Virus record (IMG/VR): IMGVR_UViG_3300024999_000030
Coordinates: 186,001 to 250,000 of that record
DNA length: 64,000 nt
Direction: 5' to 3' (one strand)
Part shown: positions 50,714 to 62,267 of the stretch, piece after piece
How the letters are laid out: every line of letters begins with the position of its first letter
Numbering within the stretch: the first letter of the stretch is position 1
Notes under the pieces: model-generated
Told to the model about the DNA's origin: nothing
The model's input: the letters and a program-made list of their open reading frames with translations, nothing else
Databases searched by the model: none
Made by a program: the position numbers and the translations under genes

Positions 50714-51265
50714 ATGAAAACATTCATCTTTGATATGGATGGCGTTCTGGTTGACCTTGAGGGAGCACTAGTCTCCCTAGCTGACCGCCTTGGTTTATCG
50801 TTGCCCCCTGGGCCAGCTAAGGGACTGCACATCTGGCGCGACCTCAAGTATCGGCGCGTTATGCAGTACATTTCTATGAGCAGCGATTTTTGGATTAATT
50901 TAGAGCCACTACCATCTGGACTACAAGCATTTAAAACCCTTAAGTCCGAAGGAAACACTACCCTTATATGTACTTGCCCATTTGACGCCAGTTGTATTTC
51001 TCAAAAAATTACATGGTGTGAACATTACTTAGATATCGGCTTAGATGATATAACAGTAATGAGGCGGAAGGAATTAATGGCCGCCCCACGAAGAATTTTG
51101 ATTGACGATAAAATAGATAATTGTAATGCCTTCGATGCTGCGGGCGGAACATCTATTTTAGTTAATCAGCCGTGGAGTCCGTATGAATCTTTTTCAAATA
51201 AACCAGCTAGTGGCGTTATTGTGGCTGATCCAAATCATATTCTGGAGGTGTTAAGGCAACTATGA
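50714..51265 (+). CDS. HAD-family 5'(3')-deoxyribonucleotidase (NT5C-like)
   Basis: FDMDGVLVD motif I; KITWC; LIDDK motif IV. Confidence 0.88.
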   Translation: MKTFIFDMDGVLVDLEGALVSLADRLGLSLPPGPAKGLHIWRDLKYRRVMQYISMSSDFWINLEPLPSGLQAFKTLKSEGNTTLICTCPFDASCISQKITWCEHYLDIGLDDITVMRRKELMAAPRRILIDDKIDNCNAFDAAGGTSILVNQPWSPYESFSNKPASGVIVADPNHILEVLRQL

Positions 51266-51927
51266 AAACCTCAAAGCGATTTCTAAAAGAAGCGCTTGAT
51301 GGGGCTGGATTACCAAGTGTCATACCCAACACAAATGACTATGTGCAGAGGGGTGATGCTTTAGTTATTATTGATATGCAGCGTATGTATTTTGATTTGG
51401 GAGAAGCTCGATGGAGAAACGATAAAAATACATCTGCATTTTCACTCAATAATATCGGATGGTTATCCAGAGATATGATTAAAAGACAAATTAAAGTTAT
51501 TCAGTCATTTAGGAAAGCTCAAAAGCCAATCATTGTTGTAGAGTTTACAACGGATAGTGGACCATGGGATGCAACTTTACCGCCAATTCTCAGGGCATTA
51601 GATGGCTATAATAAATTTGTCACAATAAAAAAGAGACAGATAGATGGTTCCACTCATGTAAAACGGGCCATTAATAAATTTTTGCCAAAGCCAACTAAGG
51701 TATTAGTTATGGGTATTTATTTATCCTGTTGTGTTAAAGAAACTGTTGCTGGTTTAATTAAAAAGAATATAGACGCTTCCGCTATAATTTCCTGCTCATA
51801 TCACACTGATTTACTAGCTGATTTAAATCACAATCCAACTTCTCATAACTATAGAAAAGCATTCTTAAGAGGTGATGTCTTGAATAGGTCCTTCACTTAT
51901 GATATAGAAATGAGGTTAGTTCCATGA
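51262..51927 (+). CDS. Isochorismatase/nicotinamidase-family cysteine hydrolase
   Basis: ALVIIDMQ (Asp), IKKRQIDG (Lys), GIYLSCCV (Cys) catalytic triad pattern. Confidence 0.75.
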   Translation: MKTSKRFLKEALDGAGLPSVIPNTNDYVQRGDALVIIDMQRMYFDLGEARWRNDKNTSAFSLNNIGWLSRDMIKRQIKVIQSFRKAQKPIIVVEFTTDSGPWDATLPPILRALDGYNKFVTIKKRQIDGSTHVKRAINKFLPKPTKVLVMGIYLSCCVKETVAGLIKKNIDASAIISCSYHTDLLADLNHNPTSHNYRKAFLRGDVLNRSFTYDIEMRLVP

Positions 51928-52893
51928 CAGATAGAAATTCATCTACAAAGAATTCTAAGAAAACCGCCACGAAGAAATCGGTTAAAAGTAAAAAAGTTCC
52001 CCGTAATAATTTTCCAGCTTTAAAAACGGCATTAGATCAGATACATATTGAAGTAGACAGGTCTTTGTTTCTTAATGAAAGAGAGGATATTGCAAGTAAA
52101 GAGGAGGCTATATCAGTAAGACGAGAAATTTCTATTAGGTTATTAAAGTCTATCGAGTGGATTAGTCGTGTTGAACAACTACTTAGTGGCATCACTACCC
52201 TTAGTTAATTCAAACACAAGGAGATTAAAATGAAGATCGGAAAAAATATTTACGAAGTGAAGGCTTTTAGGTATGCTGAACAGTTTTCTTCCAAGGGCGG
52301 AACGGCTGCTCTTATTCGCGTGAAGGGATATCATGATGAGGAAACGCCTACTGACGCCAGTCTTTCTAAACTAGAAAACGCTATTAACCGCAGCAAGCGC
52401 CAGAATGGCAGACTTCCCCGGTGGGTTGCTATTACTGAACTTTGGTTGAACAATGATCTTGTTAGCACCGGAATTTCTGCTTGTGTTGTTACGGACAAAA
52501 CCAACAAGCACGAGGGTGCAACTCGTTCATTGGTTCGAGCTATGAAGGAAGCTAAGTTGGATTGTCATATTGAAGAGATTCTTTCTGAGCGTCGTAAGAA
52601 TCGTCAATACGCTCGCCGGATGGCAGCCATTGATTCTGCCCGACGCCTTCTGGAGAAGTATGGCCAGACGGCATAAGTAATGGCTAAAATTCAAAAAGTA
52701 AAAATAGTTAAAACCCAGATTAAACCTGAGGTTAAAAGTATTACTTGTCCTTTATGTAAGGCTATTTTTCTGTGTGCTTCACAATATTCTTGCGTTGATC
52801 TTTACGGTAAATGCGCCAGTTGCGTAGCAGATGACGGCAGTCTTACCAAACTAACTGAACCAGCATCTAACAAAACTATGAGGAGAAAATAAC

Positions 52894-53490
52894 ATGGCTG
52901 GACTTATTCCTATCGTGGTTGAACAAACTGGGCGGGGCGAACGAGCATATGATATTTATTCGCGCCTACTGAAAGATCGCATTGTATTTCTCGATGGAGA
53001 AATTCACGATGAAGACGCGAATCTTATTATTGCTCAGCTTTTATTTCTAGAGGCAGAAGATCCATCGAAAGACATTTGGCTCTATATCAATAGCCCTGGT
53101 GGCTCGGTGACGGCTGGATTAGCTATCGTTGATACGATGCAATACATTCGTCCCGATATCAATACTATTTGTATTGGGCAAGCGGCTTCCATGGGAGCCG
53201 TCATCCTCGCCTGCGGAACTAAGGGTAAGCGCTACGCCCTTCCTCGTTCCAGAGTATTGATTCATCAGCCTAGTGGTGGAGCAGGCGGACAGTCTATCGA
53301 TATTAAAATTGCAGCAAACGAAATTGAAAGAATGGCTCAGCAACTTTATACCATTCTTAGTGAGCAGACTGGTCAGAAGCTCGCTAAAGTTGAAAAGGAT
53401 TGCGATCGTGACTTCATCATGGTCCCCGAAGTAGCTAAGAAGTATGGGGTTATTGATGGAGTGCTTAATAAGCGACCGCTCACGAAGTAA
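52894..53490 (+). CDS. clpP: ATP-dependent Clp protease proteolytic subunit
   Basis: [34 protein letters not shown] (Ser), LIHQP (His), DRD (Asp). Confidence 0.97.
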   Translation: MAGLIPIVVEQTGRGERAYDIYSRLLKDRIVFLDGEIHDEDANLIIAQLLFLEAEDPSKDIWLYINSPGGSVTAGLAIVDTMQYIRPDINTICIGQAASMGAVILACGTKGKRYALPRSRVLIHQPSGGAGGQSIDIKIAANEIERMAQQLYTILSEQTGQKLAKVEKDCDRDFIMVPEVAKKYGVIDGVLNKRPLTK

Positions 53491-54150
53491 ATGAAACGAA
53501 TTAAAGCTTACATTGCTTTGGCCTTGCGAGCCACCTGGGGAGTATTGGTGGCTCGCTGGCCAGAACGTGTTGCTGTCCCCACAGTACGTATTCTATTTGT
53601 CTTATGCGGTATTGTGGTTCTGTTGGGGGCCTCTGCAATTGGAAATAGACCAACCCTAGAAAGTGAAGCAGAACTCCGTAGTACCACAGCAATAATTCCC
53701 ATTGGAGAAGATGGGGTGGTTAGAGTTTTATCTGTTGACACTAAACTTAGTTCTCACTATATGTCCTACATATATAAATTAACAAAAAAACACTCTGCTG
53801 ATTATAACTTAGATCCCCTTCTTGTAATGTCTATCATGTCCACGGAGAGCACTTTTCGTGTTAGCGCTACGTCCGAAAAGGAATGTGCTGGACTAATGCA
53901 AATTAATTGGGCTTCGTGGGGAACTAAACTTCAACGACTTGGAATTGCTAGAGATGCCGCTGATATATATAATCCAGATGTTAACATTGAAGCGGGATGT
54001 TATGTATATAGCACATTACTGGAAGAAAACCATGGCTCTCATGACGCGGCCCTTAACAGATATTTAGGAACAAGTAATGAAACATATAGGCGAAATGTGT
54101 ATGCTATATATGGTAGATTAAAACTAGTAGCATCACAGAGAGGAGACTAA
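53491..54150 (+). CDS. Soluble lytic transglycosylase (SLT) with N-terminal TM segment
   Basis: IMSTESTF (catalytic Glu), AGLMQI, NIEAGCYVY, ALNRYLG. Confidence 0.88.
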   Translation: MKRIKAYIALALRATWGVLVARWPERVAVPTVRILFVLCGIVVLLGASAIGNRPTLESEAELRSTTAIIPIGEDGVVRVLSVDTKLSSHYMSYIYKLTKKHSADYNLDPLLVMSIMSTESTFRVSATSEKECAGLMQINWASWGTKLQRLGIARDAADIYNPDVNIEAGCYVYSTLLEENHGSHDAALNRYLGTSNETYRRNVYAIYGRLKLVASQRGD

Positions 54151-54330
54151 TGTTTGTCTTTGTGGCGATGCACAATGGAAGAGTAGAGAGCGCCAGTATT
54201 GCCGCTACGATGGAGGCATTATATGAGTCATTCAAACTGCACACTAGCATGGAGTGGGAAGCATATCAACAGTTTCCAGACAGTTTGGATCCAGATTTAT
54301 ATGGTTCTACTATTGTAGCGGCGGAGGAGT

Positions 54331-55638
54331 GTGATGATTCCCTGGTCCACGAGCACGAACTTGGCAACAGCTAAAAATCCAAACCGTCCGGTGAACGGGG
54401 TACTATCGGAAGATTTATTTGCTTGTAATCCTAATCCAAGTTTTAGTCTTTCGTCAAGTGTTATTCAGGAAGCTAAAAGAAAAAAACAAGACTACTCCCA
54501 TATATTAGAAAGAAATTTAAGTGGTAAAATATTTCCGTTTAAAGATATAGCAACTAGATATTGCCCCGAGCTTTTTGACGCCTTATCTATGTTAGTTGTT
54601 TTTGCTAGACATCCTGGTAAGCTCTGGGTGGCCGGTGGATCACTACTTGCTAATAAACTTGGAAAACCTATTAAGGATGTAGATTTTTTCTTTTCCGATA
54701 GAAATACAAGATTAGAGGTATTAGATTATTTATTGTGGAAAGGATATGTTATCGATTTTGTAAGTTCAAATGCCACCACAATGAGTAAAAATGGACAGCC
54801 TCCGATTCAACTTATCAATAATCACTATTATAATGACATGTTAGATTGTTTGATGGGGTTTGATATTTGTGCTAGCCAATTTGGCTTAAGAGTTATGAAC
54901 GGATCTCTTAACGAAATCCGTCCTAATAATACTTTATTTGATATGGATACAAAAAGATTTATGTTAAATGATATGGCAGTTGGAGATCCAAGAGTTACAA
55001 TTAGAAGATTAATTAAATATGCAAAACAATATAATCTTACTCCCGTATATGATCAAACCACATATCGTGTGTTTGGTGCAGCAGCAGAAGCGGGAGCTAG
55101 AGACTATGATAGTCTTAACAACAAAGAATATAAAAAAGAAGATTACACTTTTCCTAGAGATTTATCTTCTCTTTGGACAGCACCAACGGTAGACATTGTT
55201 AAAGGCAATTTACGTGATGTATTGGGCGATATGACCGATTGTTATGGAAGTTCTTATGATTTATGGTTGGGCTTTAAAAAAAGCATTGATAGGCGCCTTG
55301 GGGGCGAATGGAGTCTAGAGCATTGTGCAAAGATTGCTATAGATTTAACTAATCAATGTAATACTTTTCCATTTATTCGATCACATATGGACTATGGAAA
55401 CTGGCCTAGCTTTCAAGACTTTGCTAATATGGCGCCTGCTATTGACCATTATCTTAAAAAAGGATTCTTAAGCAATTGGCAAGATTTTGGAAATGCTTTA
55501 TATGTTTCCGATGAACAAGATCTAGGAATTTCTTTGAATGTTGTCATGCAACTGTCTGTGTTTTTAGAAACAAAATTGCCGGGGATGCGAGATAATCCGT
55601 GGCCTGGAAAAACAGAAGGAGATAACGGTGATTACTAA
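54331..55638 (+). CDS. CCA-adding/poly(A)-polymerase-like nucleotidyltransferase head domain protein
   Basis: WVAGGS...KDVDFFF, FDICASQFG, RRLIKY. Confidence 0.7.
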   Translation: MMIPWSTSTNLATAKNPNRPVNGVLSEDLFACNPNPSFSLSSSVIQEAKRKKQDYSHILERNLSGKIFPFKDIATRYCPELFDALSMLVVFARHPGKLWVAGGSLLANKLGKPIKDVDFFFSDRNTRLEVLDYLLWKGYVIDFVSSNATTMSKNGQPPIQLINNHYYNDMLDCLMGFDICASQFGLRVMNGSLNEIRPNNTLFDMDTKRFMLNDMAVGDPRVTIRRLIKYAKQYNLTPVYDQTTYRVFGAAAEAGARDYDSLNNKEYKKEDYTFPRDLSSLWTAPTVDIVKGNLRDVLGDMTDCYGSSYDLWLGFKKSIDRRLGGEWSLEHCAKIAIDLTNQCNTFPFIRSHMDYGNWPSFQDFANMAPAIDHYLKKGFLSNWQDFGNALYVSDEQDLGISLNVVMQLSVFLETKLPGMRDNPWPGKTEGDNGDY

Positions 55639-57013
55639 AGATTTAGATGTTTTAAAATCTTCCCTGGAAGAAGAATTAAAAAAGCTAAATATAGAAAAAA
55701 TGCCAATAATTAGAATGGGAGCCACTGTAAGGCTTAATCAACGCATTACTAATGCTGGCATTAACACTGTTTTAATTGGTATGGAATTCCCTGAGTTTTA
55801 TACTCAAATTACCATTGATGAGATGGAGCGCAGTGGTAATGCATGCAACGCTAAGATTGTATCTTGGCCAATGGAGTTTTCTACAAAACAAGAAACTCTT
55901 GATCTTAGTGAAATTGTTGGATTTAAACTTACCTTTTCTTCTCCGATATATTGTCTTAAAGATATTAGACTACAAAGCCTTACTCATTCTGTATCTATTT
56001 CTCTAATAGCTGATACTATTCAAAGGCAAATAGAAATGCTACAAGCAGTTGAACAATTACAACATATTATTAAGAGTATTATCCCAACAAAGGGTAAATG
56101 ACATGACGGCCAAGAAAATTAATAAGGTTAGTCTGTTTGTTAAAAAGGGCCTTCGTAATTTAAGCAAGGTTGTTATTGACGACAATGTTCTTAGATGGGA
56201 TTCGGAATTTACTCGTATCTTCTCTGATAAAACATTAACGGATAACTGGTCTAAAGTAATAAAAACCTTTGGAGAAAACTTTAAAGGTCAATTGTTTAAT
56301 CCATCTAATTATTATTTAGCGACCACTGAGGAGATTGAGGTTGCTGGATCATTTTTATTTTCTGGTCTGGAATATATTATCATTGCTTTTAATTTAAATA
56401 AAGATGAAATTTCTAAAATAAACACATCTTGTTATTCTCGTAGATGGAGGGCTGGTCAAAATTTACCTCTTCAATGGACGATGGAAATTCATTTTTCAGA
56501 GAATGGAATAGAGGCCAATGCAGAGGAAATTAGACCGTACCTCGTTGCACAAATCATTTATCACCAAAGGAAAAATAAAGTTTGTTTAGAAAAAGTTAAC
56601 ATGTCTTGTAATATGAACTTCTCTATTCCAGATTTTCTAGGTTGCAAAATTGAATTAATGGTAAATGGCAAACCATATGTTTCCCCTAAGAGTGGAATTG
56701 ATGGTAATTTTGATGGCTCACTTATTTCCACTGTGGGAGATCCATTAATTGAGAATTATAAAAATACTATTATTGCTTCTCGTTTTTGTAATGGAGTTGC
56801 TGTTAATAAGATTTTCCGAGGCTTCTCTTCTAGTATGGGTAATACCCAAATGTCTCTAGTAAAGGGAACTCTTCTTGGTTTGTCTGGTATTAAAAGTAAG
56901 TCTGCCGATGTTACGATGAATGGTAATCAGGCTCAAGTCGGAATTCCTGGGAGTTATAGCGCCCGGGGTGATGTATTTATAATTTCATTTGAAGATTAGG
57001 TACAGGAGGTAAC

Positions 57014-58318
57014 ATGGCGAATACTAATAAGGCTAGAACTAGATATATTATCGTCCTTCCCAGAAACTCTGGCTCTACGCAATATGTCGCAATGAACGCT
57101 ATCGTAGGCACTATTTTCTCTAGTGGTAGTAACGATGGAGTTTATGATTCTCTTCAACTTATGTTCCCTGGTGTTTATGATATTTTCCCAGATAAGCGTA
57201 TGTTGGTAGCTGAGGCCGTCATTGAATCATTGTCTTACGCTGCTAATGTTTCCATTAAAAATATTGATTGCCAAGCAACACCAGATGAACGCCCCAGAGT
57301 ATTGCTTCTAACTGTTGCAAGTAGTGAAAAGAGTAAAGATATTTCTCACTTAATTGTTTTGGAGAAGTATCTGCCTGAGAATGATATTCTTGACTTACCC
57401 TCGGCTGATGGCTCTGGTCACCCAGCATCAAGTGCGACGAACATGGCTGGTGGTAAGGTCGCTGGGCCTGGACAGCAAGAACAAAAATCCGCTGGGTATA
57501 TTTATATGCCAAAGCATAATGTTCCCTTGATTCTCGGAGAACATGAAGCTAATGTACTACAGGATGTCCTTGATGCTATTGTTAACCGTAAGAAGATTTT
57601 TGAAGATTATGGTCTCGATGAGGTTATGGACACCAATAGTATGTGTTTTCTATTTCATGGTGCTCCTGGGACAGGCAAAACACAAGCCGCCAAATATGTT
57701 GCTAAGAAACTCAACACGCCTCTTCTTATCGTTGACCACAGTCAAATTGTAGATAAATATGTGGGAGAGACTGAAAAGCGTATTGCTGAAGTGTTTAAAC
57801 GCGCCGAAACCGAAAAGTGCATCATCTTCTTTGATGAAGCTGACTCTTTGCTTGGAGCGAGGAATGGAGCGGAGCACTCTTGGGAAATCAGCAAAGTTAA
57901 TGCGTTGCTTCAGTCTATGGAAAATTTTAATGGCGTAGCAATTTTTGCAACGAACTATGCTTCTCAGCTTGATCAGGCTGTTAATAGACGACTTCTTATG
58001 AAGATTACTTTTGATCTTCCTGATCAGGAGAGCCGTGCTAAAATTTGGGAGGCTTTGCTGCCCACCAAGGCCCCTAAAGATGCGCTCGATTTTAAGGAAT
58101 TAAGCAAACATCTTATGACTGGCGGCGAAATTAAGAATGCAGTTATCTCTGCAACAGTTGAAGTTGCTAAGACTGATGCAAAGATTAACATGGACTCTCT
58201 TAATCGAATGGCGGCTAAAGTTATTGAGGAGCGCCTCTTTGATCCATATAAGGAATCGGATAAGGAGAAATCCAAGAAGAATATGGGGTTCGGACCCCCG
58301 ATGATGGAATTGAAATAA
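57014..58318 (+). CDS. AAA+ ATPase with unknown N-terminal domain
   Basis: HGAPGTGKT, IFFDEAD, ATN, DQAVNRRL, TGGEIKNAV. Confidence 0.92.
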   Translation: MANTNKARTRYIIVLPRNSGSTQYVAMNAIVGTIFSSGSNDGVYDSLQLMFPGVYDIFPDKRMLVAEAVIESLSYAANVSIKNIDCQATPDERPRVLLLTVASSEKSKDISHLIVLEKYLPENDILDLPSADGSGHPASSATNMAGGKVAGPGQQEQKSAGYIYMPKHNVPLILGEHEANVLQDVLDAIVNRKKIFEDYGLDEVMDTNSMCFLFHGAPGTGKTQAAKYVAKKLNTPLLIVDHSQIVDKYVGETEKRIAEVFKRAETEKCIIFFDEADSLLGARNGAEHSWEISKVNALLQSMENFNGVAIFATNYASQLDQAVNRRLLMKITFDLPDQESRAKIWEALLPTKAPKDALDFKELSKHLMTGGEIKNAVISATVEVAKTDAKINMDSLNRMAAKVIEERLFDPYKESDKEKSKKNMGFGPPMMELK

Positions 58319-59818
58319 TGGTTAAAAGGGGACAGGCTGTTCCTGGAGCCAGGGTAGTAGTCAAAGACATGTTAAGAAAAAGTATTTTTACATGGGAACC
58401 ACCCCAACCTAATAAATTTCCAGTTCTTAAAGGAGCTGCAGATGCCTTTGGGGGTGGGTGGGAAGTTTCCGCTGGAGATGTTCTTGAAATTTTAGATCCA
58501 GTTTCTAAAATTACATCTGGTGAATGGAGCGTTAGTAGTCGCAATGGATGTTGGTATAAAGATTCTATTCAAGTGGTTCCCGTTAGAATTATATCTCATC
58601 TTAACGAGACCCTTCCTGTTTTTCATGATGGATTTGCATATTGGCAGGACATATATAGAGGAACCGACTTAATATTTTCACCACCTAACTGTTCGGTTGA
58701 AACCAACTGTCCGATTGAAACTAATGGAAAGGATAGAAATGATTGAAAAAAACTGGTCCTTAGATAAGACCACTACGGTTAAAAAAGTTATCGCTGAAAT
58801 TTCCACAACTATCTTCAACGAAGTTAATACTTTTATTGCGGATGATAACGGGCTTAATACTAAAAAGAAAATCATTGATTTTATTACTAACGCCCTAAAG
58901 GAAGAGGACTTTGTTACCGTAGAATATGTGAGGGCTGGTTGTACCGTAGCCTATAACATTTCTAAAACCTATGGTAATAGAATTACTTTTAGTAGTGCTT
59001 TTGATTTTCCCGTATCTCAAACGCTAGAGAATGCTGGGTCCTATTCTCTGAAGTTTGATTTGGATGAACAATCTATTTGCGTTGATACTTCCAAGGCCAA
59101 TGGGGTCATTCAACTGTACGGGGCCATCAATGGTATGATTGAAAGTATGTCTTCTTTTAACTCTGGAACATCAGCCCCAGCCAAGGTTAGTGAACTCTAT
59201 AAAATTATGGAGGGCGGCGGGTTTGCTCTTGAAGGAGATAAAACCTGGGCAAAGAAATGGAAGACTGAATACGGACCCATCACCCTTCATCTCGATTATA
59301 AAAATGATTTAAGTTCTCTCACAGAACAAGATGTATCTGCTGCACAGTTAATCACCACTATTCTTGAAACATTGGGGAATAACAATGGGTAAGAAAAATG
59401 AAATCAAACCCCTAGACGAAGAGAAAACTACAGTTAATGGAGTTGAAATTATTTTTCAAAAGTTTCAAGACATTTCTAATATATATTTTTGTAGTGAATG
59501 TTCCACTTTCATTCGTCCCGATGTTGAAGCTGGCGAATTCTTTTGGTACTCCCCAATGACCGGCGGAGTATTATGCGGAAGCGGAGACTGCAAAGAAAAA
59601 CACATGGAAAAGATTATAGAAAAAGCTAAAGAGGCTGAAGAAATTGATCTTACTAAAGAAGATGATGAAGCTTCGGAGGATGATGATAAGTAAATAAATT
59701 ATATCTCACTTATCTTTTTGTAGTTAATCCATTAAAAATTCACAAATCGGTTTACATAATCGTTTCAACCAACCCTAACAAATGTAACTGTCCGGTAACA
59801 CTCAAAGGAGAAAAACCA

Positions 59819-60919
59819 ATGAAGATGAATATTGAAGACGCCAAGGCCGCTATTAAATCTCTCGACATCACTATCCCTGTATTCTTGTGGGGGCCTCCTG
59901 GTGTTGGTAAGTCGTCCCTCGTTCACCAGCTCGCACAAGAGGTGGGTATGGGCTTTAAGGATGTTCGTCTCACCACTATTGATCCAACTGATCTTCGTGG
60001 TTTGCCTTACATTCATGAAGGGCGAGCTTATTGGGCTAACCCCGTAATTCTTCCTCAGCGCGCTGACAAGGAGCACGGTATTAAAGGAGATGAGGAGTGC
60101 GGTTATTTGCTTCTGGATGAATTGAACTCTGCTCATACCACGATTCAGGCTGGCGCTTATCAGCTTGTTCTTGATCGTAAAGTTGGTGAGTATGTTCTTC
60201 CTGACGGCTGGCGTATTATTGCTGCTGGTAACCGAGAGGAAGATCGTGGTGTTACTTTCCAAATGCCCCGTCCTCTTCAAAATCGTTTCGTGCACATTGA
60301 GATTGAAGTTGATAAGAAGGTGTGGACTAACTGGGCTATGAAGGCCGGAGTGTCTCCTACTGTTATTGCTTTCATTGAGTCTCAGCCTGGTATGCTCAAC
60401 CCTTCCGATAAGGACAAAACGAAGAAGTCTTTCCCCACCCCGCGAACTTGGGAGTACACTAGCAAAATCATCAACACCGTAAAGAATGAAGACCTTCTTA
60501 TTCCGTTGCTTCAGGGCACCATTGGTGATGCTGCTTCTCATCAGTTTGTGAGCTTCTTGAAGTTGCGCCATAAGCTTCCTAACCTCGATAAGATTTTTGC
60601 CGGTAAACAGGAGCCTCTGCCCAGTGAAACTTCCTTGCAGTATGCTTTCTATGCTGCCCTGTGTGGTAAGGTTGATGACCTGGTGAAAGAACGCGGTATT
60701 GCTAAGCTCACGAAGGATGATAAGTTCATCGGTGGGCTTGTTTATTGTATCACTAAGCTGGAACGTGAGTTCGTTGAACTTATCGTTCGCCATCTGTCCG
60801 AGAGACAGGGCCAGTTGTTTGTGGCTCTCATCAAGGCGGCTCCCGACCTGGCCAAAGAACTCACCAAGATGTACGGTGAAATCATGACCGTGTCCATGAA
60901 ATTCGGTGGTGGAAAATAA
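59819..60919 (+). CDS. MoxR-like / AAA_5 ATPase
   Basis: WGPPGVGKS, TDLRGLP, LLLDELN, AAGNR, LQNRF, PTPRTWE. Confidence 0.92.
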   Translation: MKMNIEDAKAAIKSLDITIPVFLWGPPGVGKSSLVHQLAQEVGMGFKDVRLTTIDPTDLRGLPYIHEGRAYWANPVILPQRADKEHGIKGDEECGYLLLDELNSAHTTIQAGAYQLVLDRKVGEYVLPDGWRIIAAGNREEDRGVTFQMPRPLQNRFVHIEIEVDKKVWTNWAMKAGVSPTVIAFIESQPGMLNPSDKDKTKKSFPTPRTWEYTSKIINTVKNEDLLIPLLQGTIGDAASHQFVSFLKLRHKLPNLDKIFAGKQEPLPSETSLQYAFYAALCGKVDDLVKERGIAKLTKDDKFIGGLVYCITKLEREFVELIVRHLSERQGQLFVALIKAAPDLAKELTKMYGEIMTVSMKFGGGK

Positions 60920-60945
60920 TCTAATTAGGTGTTATATTTATCATG

Positions 60946-60975
60946 TGGGGTGGGCGAGAGTGGCTCGCCTATCCC
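60946..60975 (+). promoter_or_regulatory. GC-rich hairpin between the AAA and VWA genes
   Basis: GGGTGGGCGAG/CTCGCCTATCC. Confidence 0.45.
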
Positions 60976-61011
60976 AGTTATGTTTCAACTAAGTAGATAA
61001 GGAGGATTTAA

Positions 61012-62232
61012 ATGGCAGATTTTCTAGCTGGCAAGAGCGATTCAGAAATTGCGAAGATTAAGATTGCAGCTGCAAAACGTGAGGCGCATTCTAAATGTCC
61101 GTTCTTCGCCTTTCTTTTGTTTGCTCCCAACTATAAGGAAGCTCCAGATGAAATGTGGACTTCTGCTGGTGGGTCTCCAACGATGGCGACTGACGGAGAA
61201 AACATTTTCTATTCCGTTCAGTTCATTAAGGACATTCCGATTGATCAGTTAATCGGAGTTTTAGTCCACGAGGTTATGCATTGCGCTTTACTTCACATTG
61301 TTCGTAAGGGTGTGCGTGACCCACTCAAATGGAACATTGCTATTGACTATGCAACCAACGCTATTCTTCATAAGAACAATCTCAAGCTTCCCGCTGGCAC
61401 TTTGTTTGATGCAAAGTATAACGATAGAAGCGCTGAAGAGATTTATGTTGATGTCTCTAAGAACCCACCTGACATGAAAAAGGTTAAGATGTTTGATATG
61501 CATATGTTTGGCGAGGGGGATGGTGGCAACAATAAGAAAAATAATGGCGGAGGTCAGAACTCCAGTGAAAAATTTAAAGAGCAAATGTGGAAATCACATC
61601 TTGCTAACGCTGCTGTTCAGGCCCGCCAGCAGGGTAAGTTGCCCGCTGGGATGGAGCGTATTATTGAGGATGTTCTGGAAGATAAGGTTCCGTGGCAGCA
61701 AATGCTTTCCAGATATCTGAGCCCGTTTGCACTGAAGACTGATTTCACCTGGACTAAGCCCAATAAGAAGATGCTTCAGTTTGGTATTATTCTCCCTGGG
61801 TTCCAGTCTGAAAGCCTTGAAGTTGCTGTTGGTGTAGATACTTCCGGTTCCATTGGACCCAACGAGATTCAAACTTTCCTTAGTGAAGTTCAAGGCATCA
61901 TGAGTGTGTCTAAGAACTATACGATTCACATCGTTGGTTGTGATGCTCAAGTTGATGAGAAGGATTATCATATCATCACTGAGTGTAACTCCACTCTTCC
62001 CACAAAGCTCGGTGGTGGTGGTGGCACGGACTTTCGGCCCGTGTTTGATTTCTATGAGAAGAAGAATGTGCGCCCGGCCTGTTTAGTTTACTTTACTGAC
62101 GGCTATGGGACCTTCCCGAAGGAGCCTCCCGACTACGATGTTATCTGGTGCGTGGTTCCTGGTGGGGTTGGCCCCGACCAGGTTCCTTGGGGTGTTTACG
62201 TCCGGACTGAATTCGACAAGGACGAAGAGTAA
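61012..62232 (+). CDS. HExxH metallopeptidase + VWA domain protein (DUF2201-like)
   Basis: TMATDG, HEVMH, WNIAxDYxxN, VDTSGS (MIDAS), GGGGTDFRP, YFTDG. Confidence 0.9.
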   Translation: MADFLAGKSDSEIAKIKIAAAKREAHSKCPFFAFLLFAPNYKEAPDEMWTSAGGSPTMATDGENIFYSVQFIKDIPIDQLIGVLVHEVMHCALLHIVRKGVRDPLKWNIAIDYATNAILHKNNLKLPAGTLFDAKYNDRSAEEIYVDVSKNPPDMKKVKMFDMHMFGEGDGGNNKKNNGGGQNSSEKFKEQMWKSHLANAAVQARQQGKLPAGMERIIEDVLEDKVPWQQMLSRYLSPFALKTDFTWTKPNKKMLQFGIILPGFQSESLEVAVGVDTSGSIGPNEIQTFLSEVQGIMSVSKNYTIHIVGCDAQVDEKDYHIITECNSTLPTKLGGGGGTDFRPVFDFYEKKNVRPACLVYFTDGYGTFPKEPPDYDVIWCVVPGGVGPDQVPWGVYVRTEFDKDEE

Positions 62233-62239
62233 GGAGATG

Positions 62240-62267
62240 AAAGAGGCCCCAGAAATGGGGCCTCTTT
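62240..62267. terminator. Intrinsic terminator-like hairpin
   Basis: Perfect 11-bp AAAGAGGCCCC/GGGGCCTCTTT just after the VWA gene stop. Confidence 0.75.
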
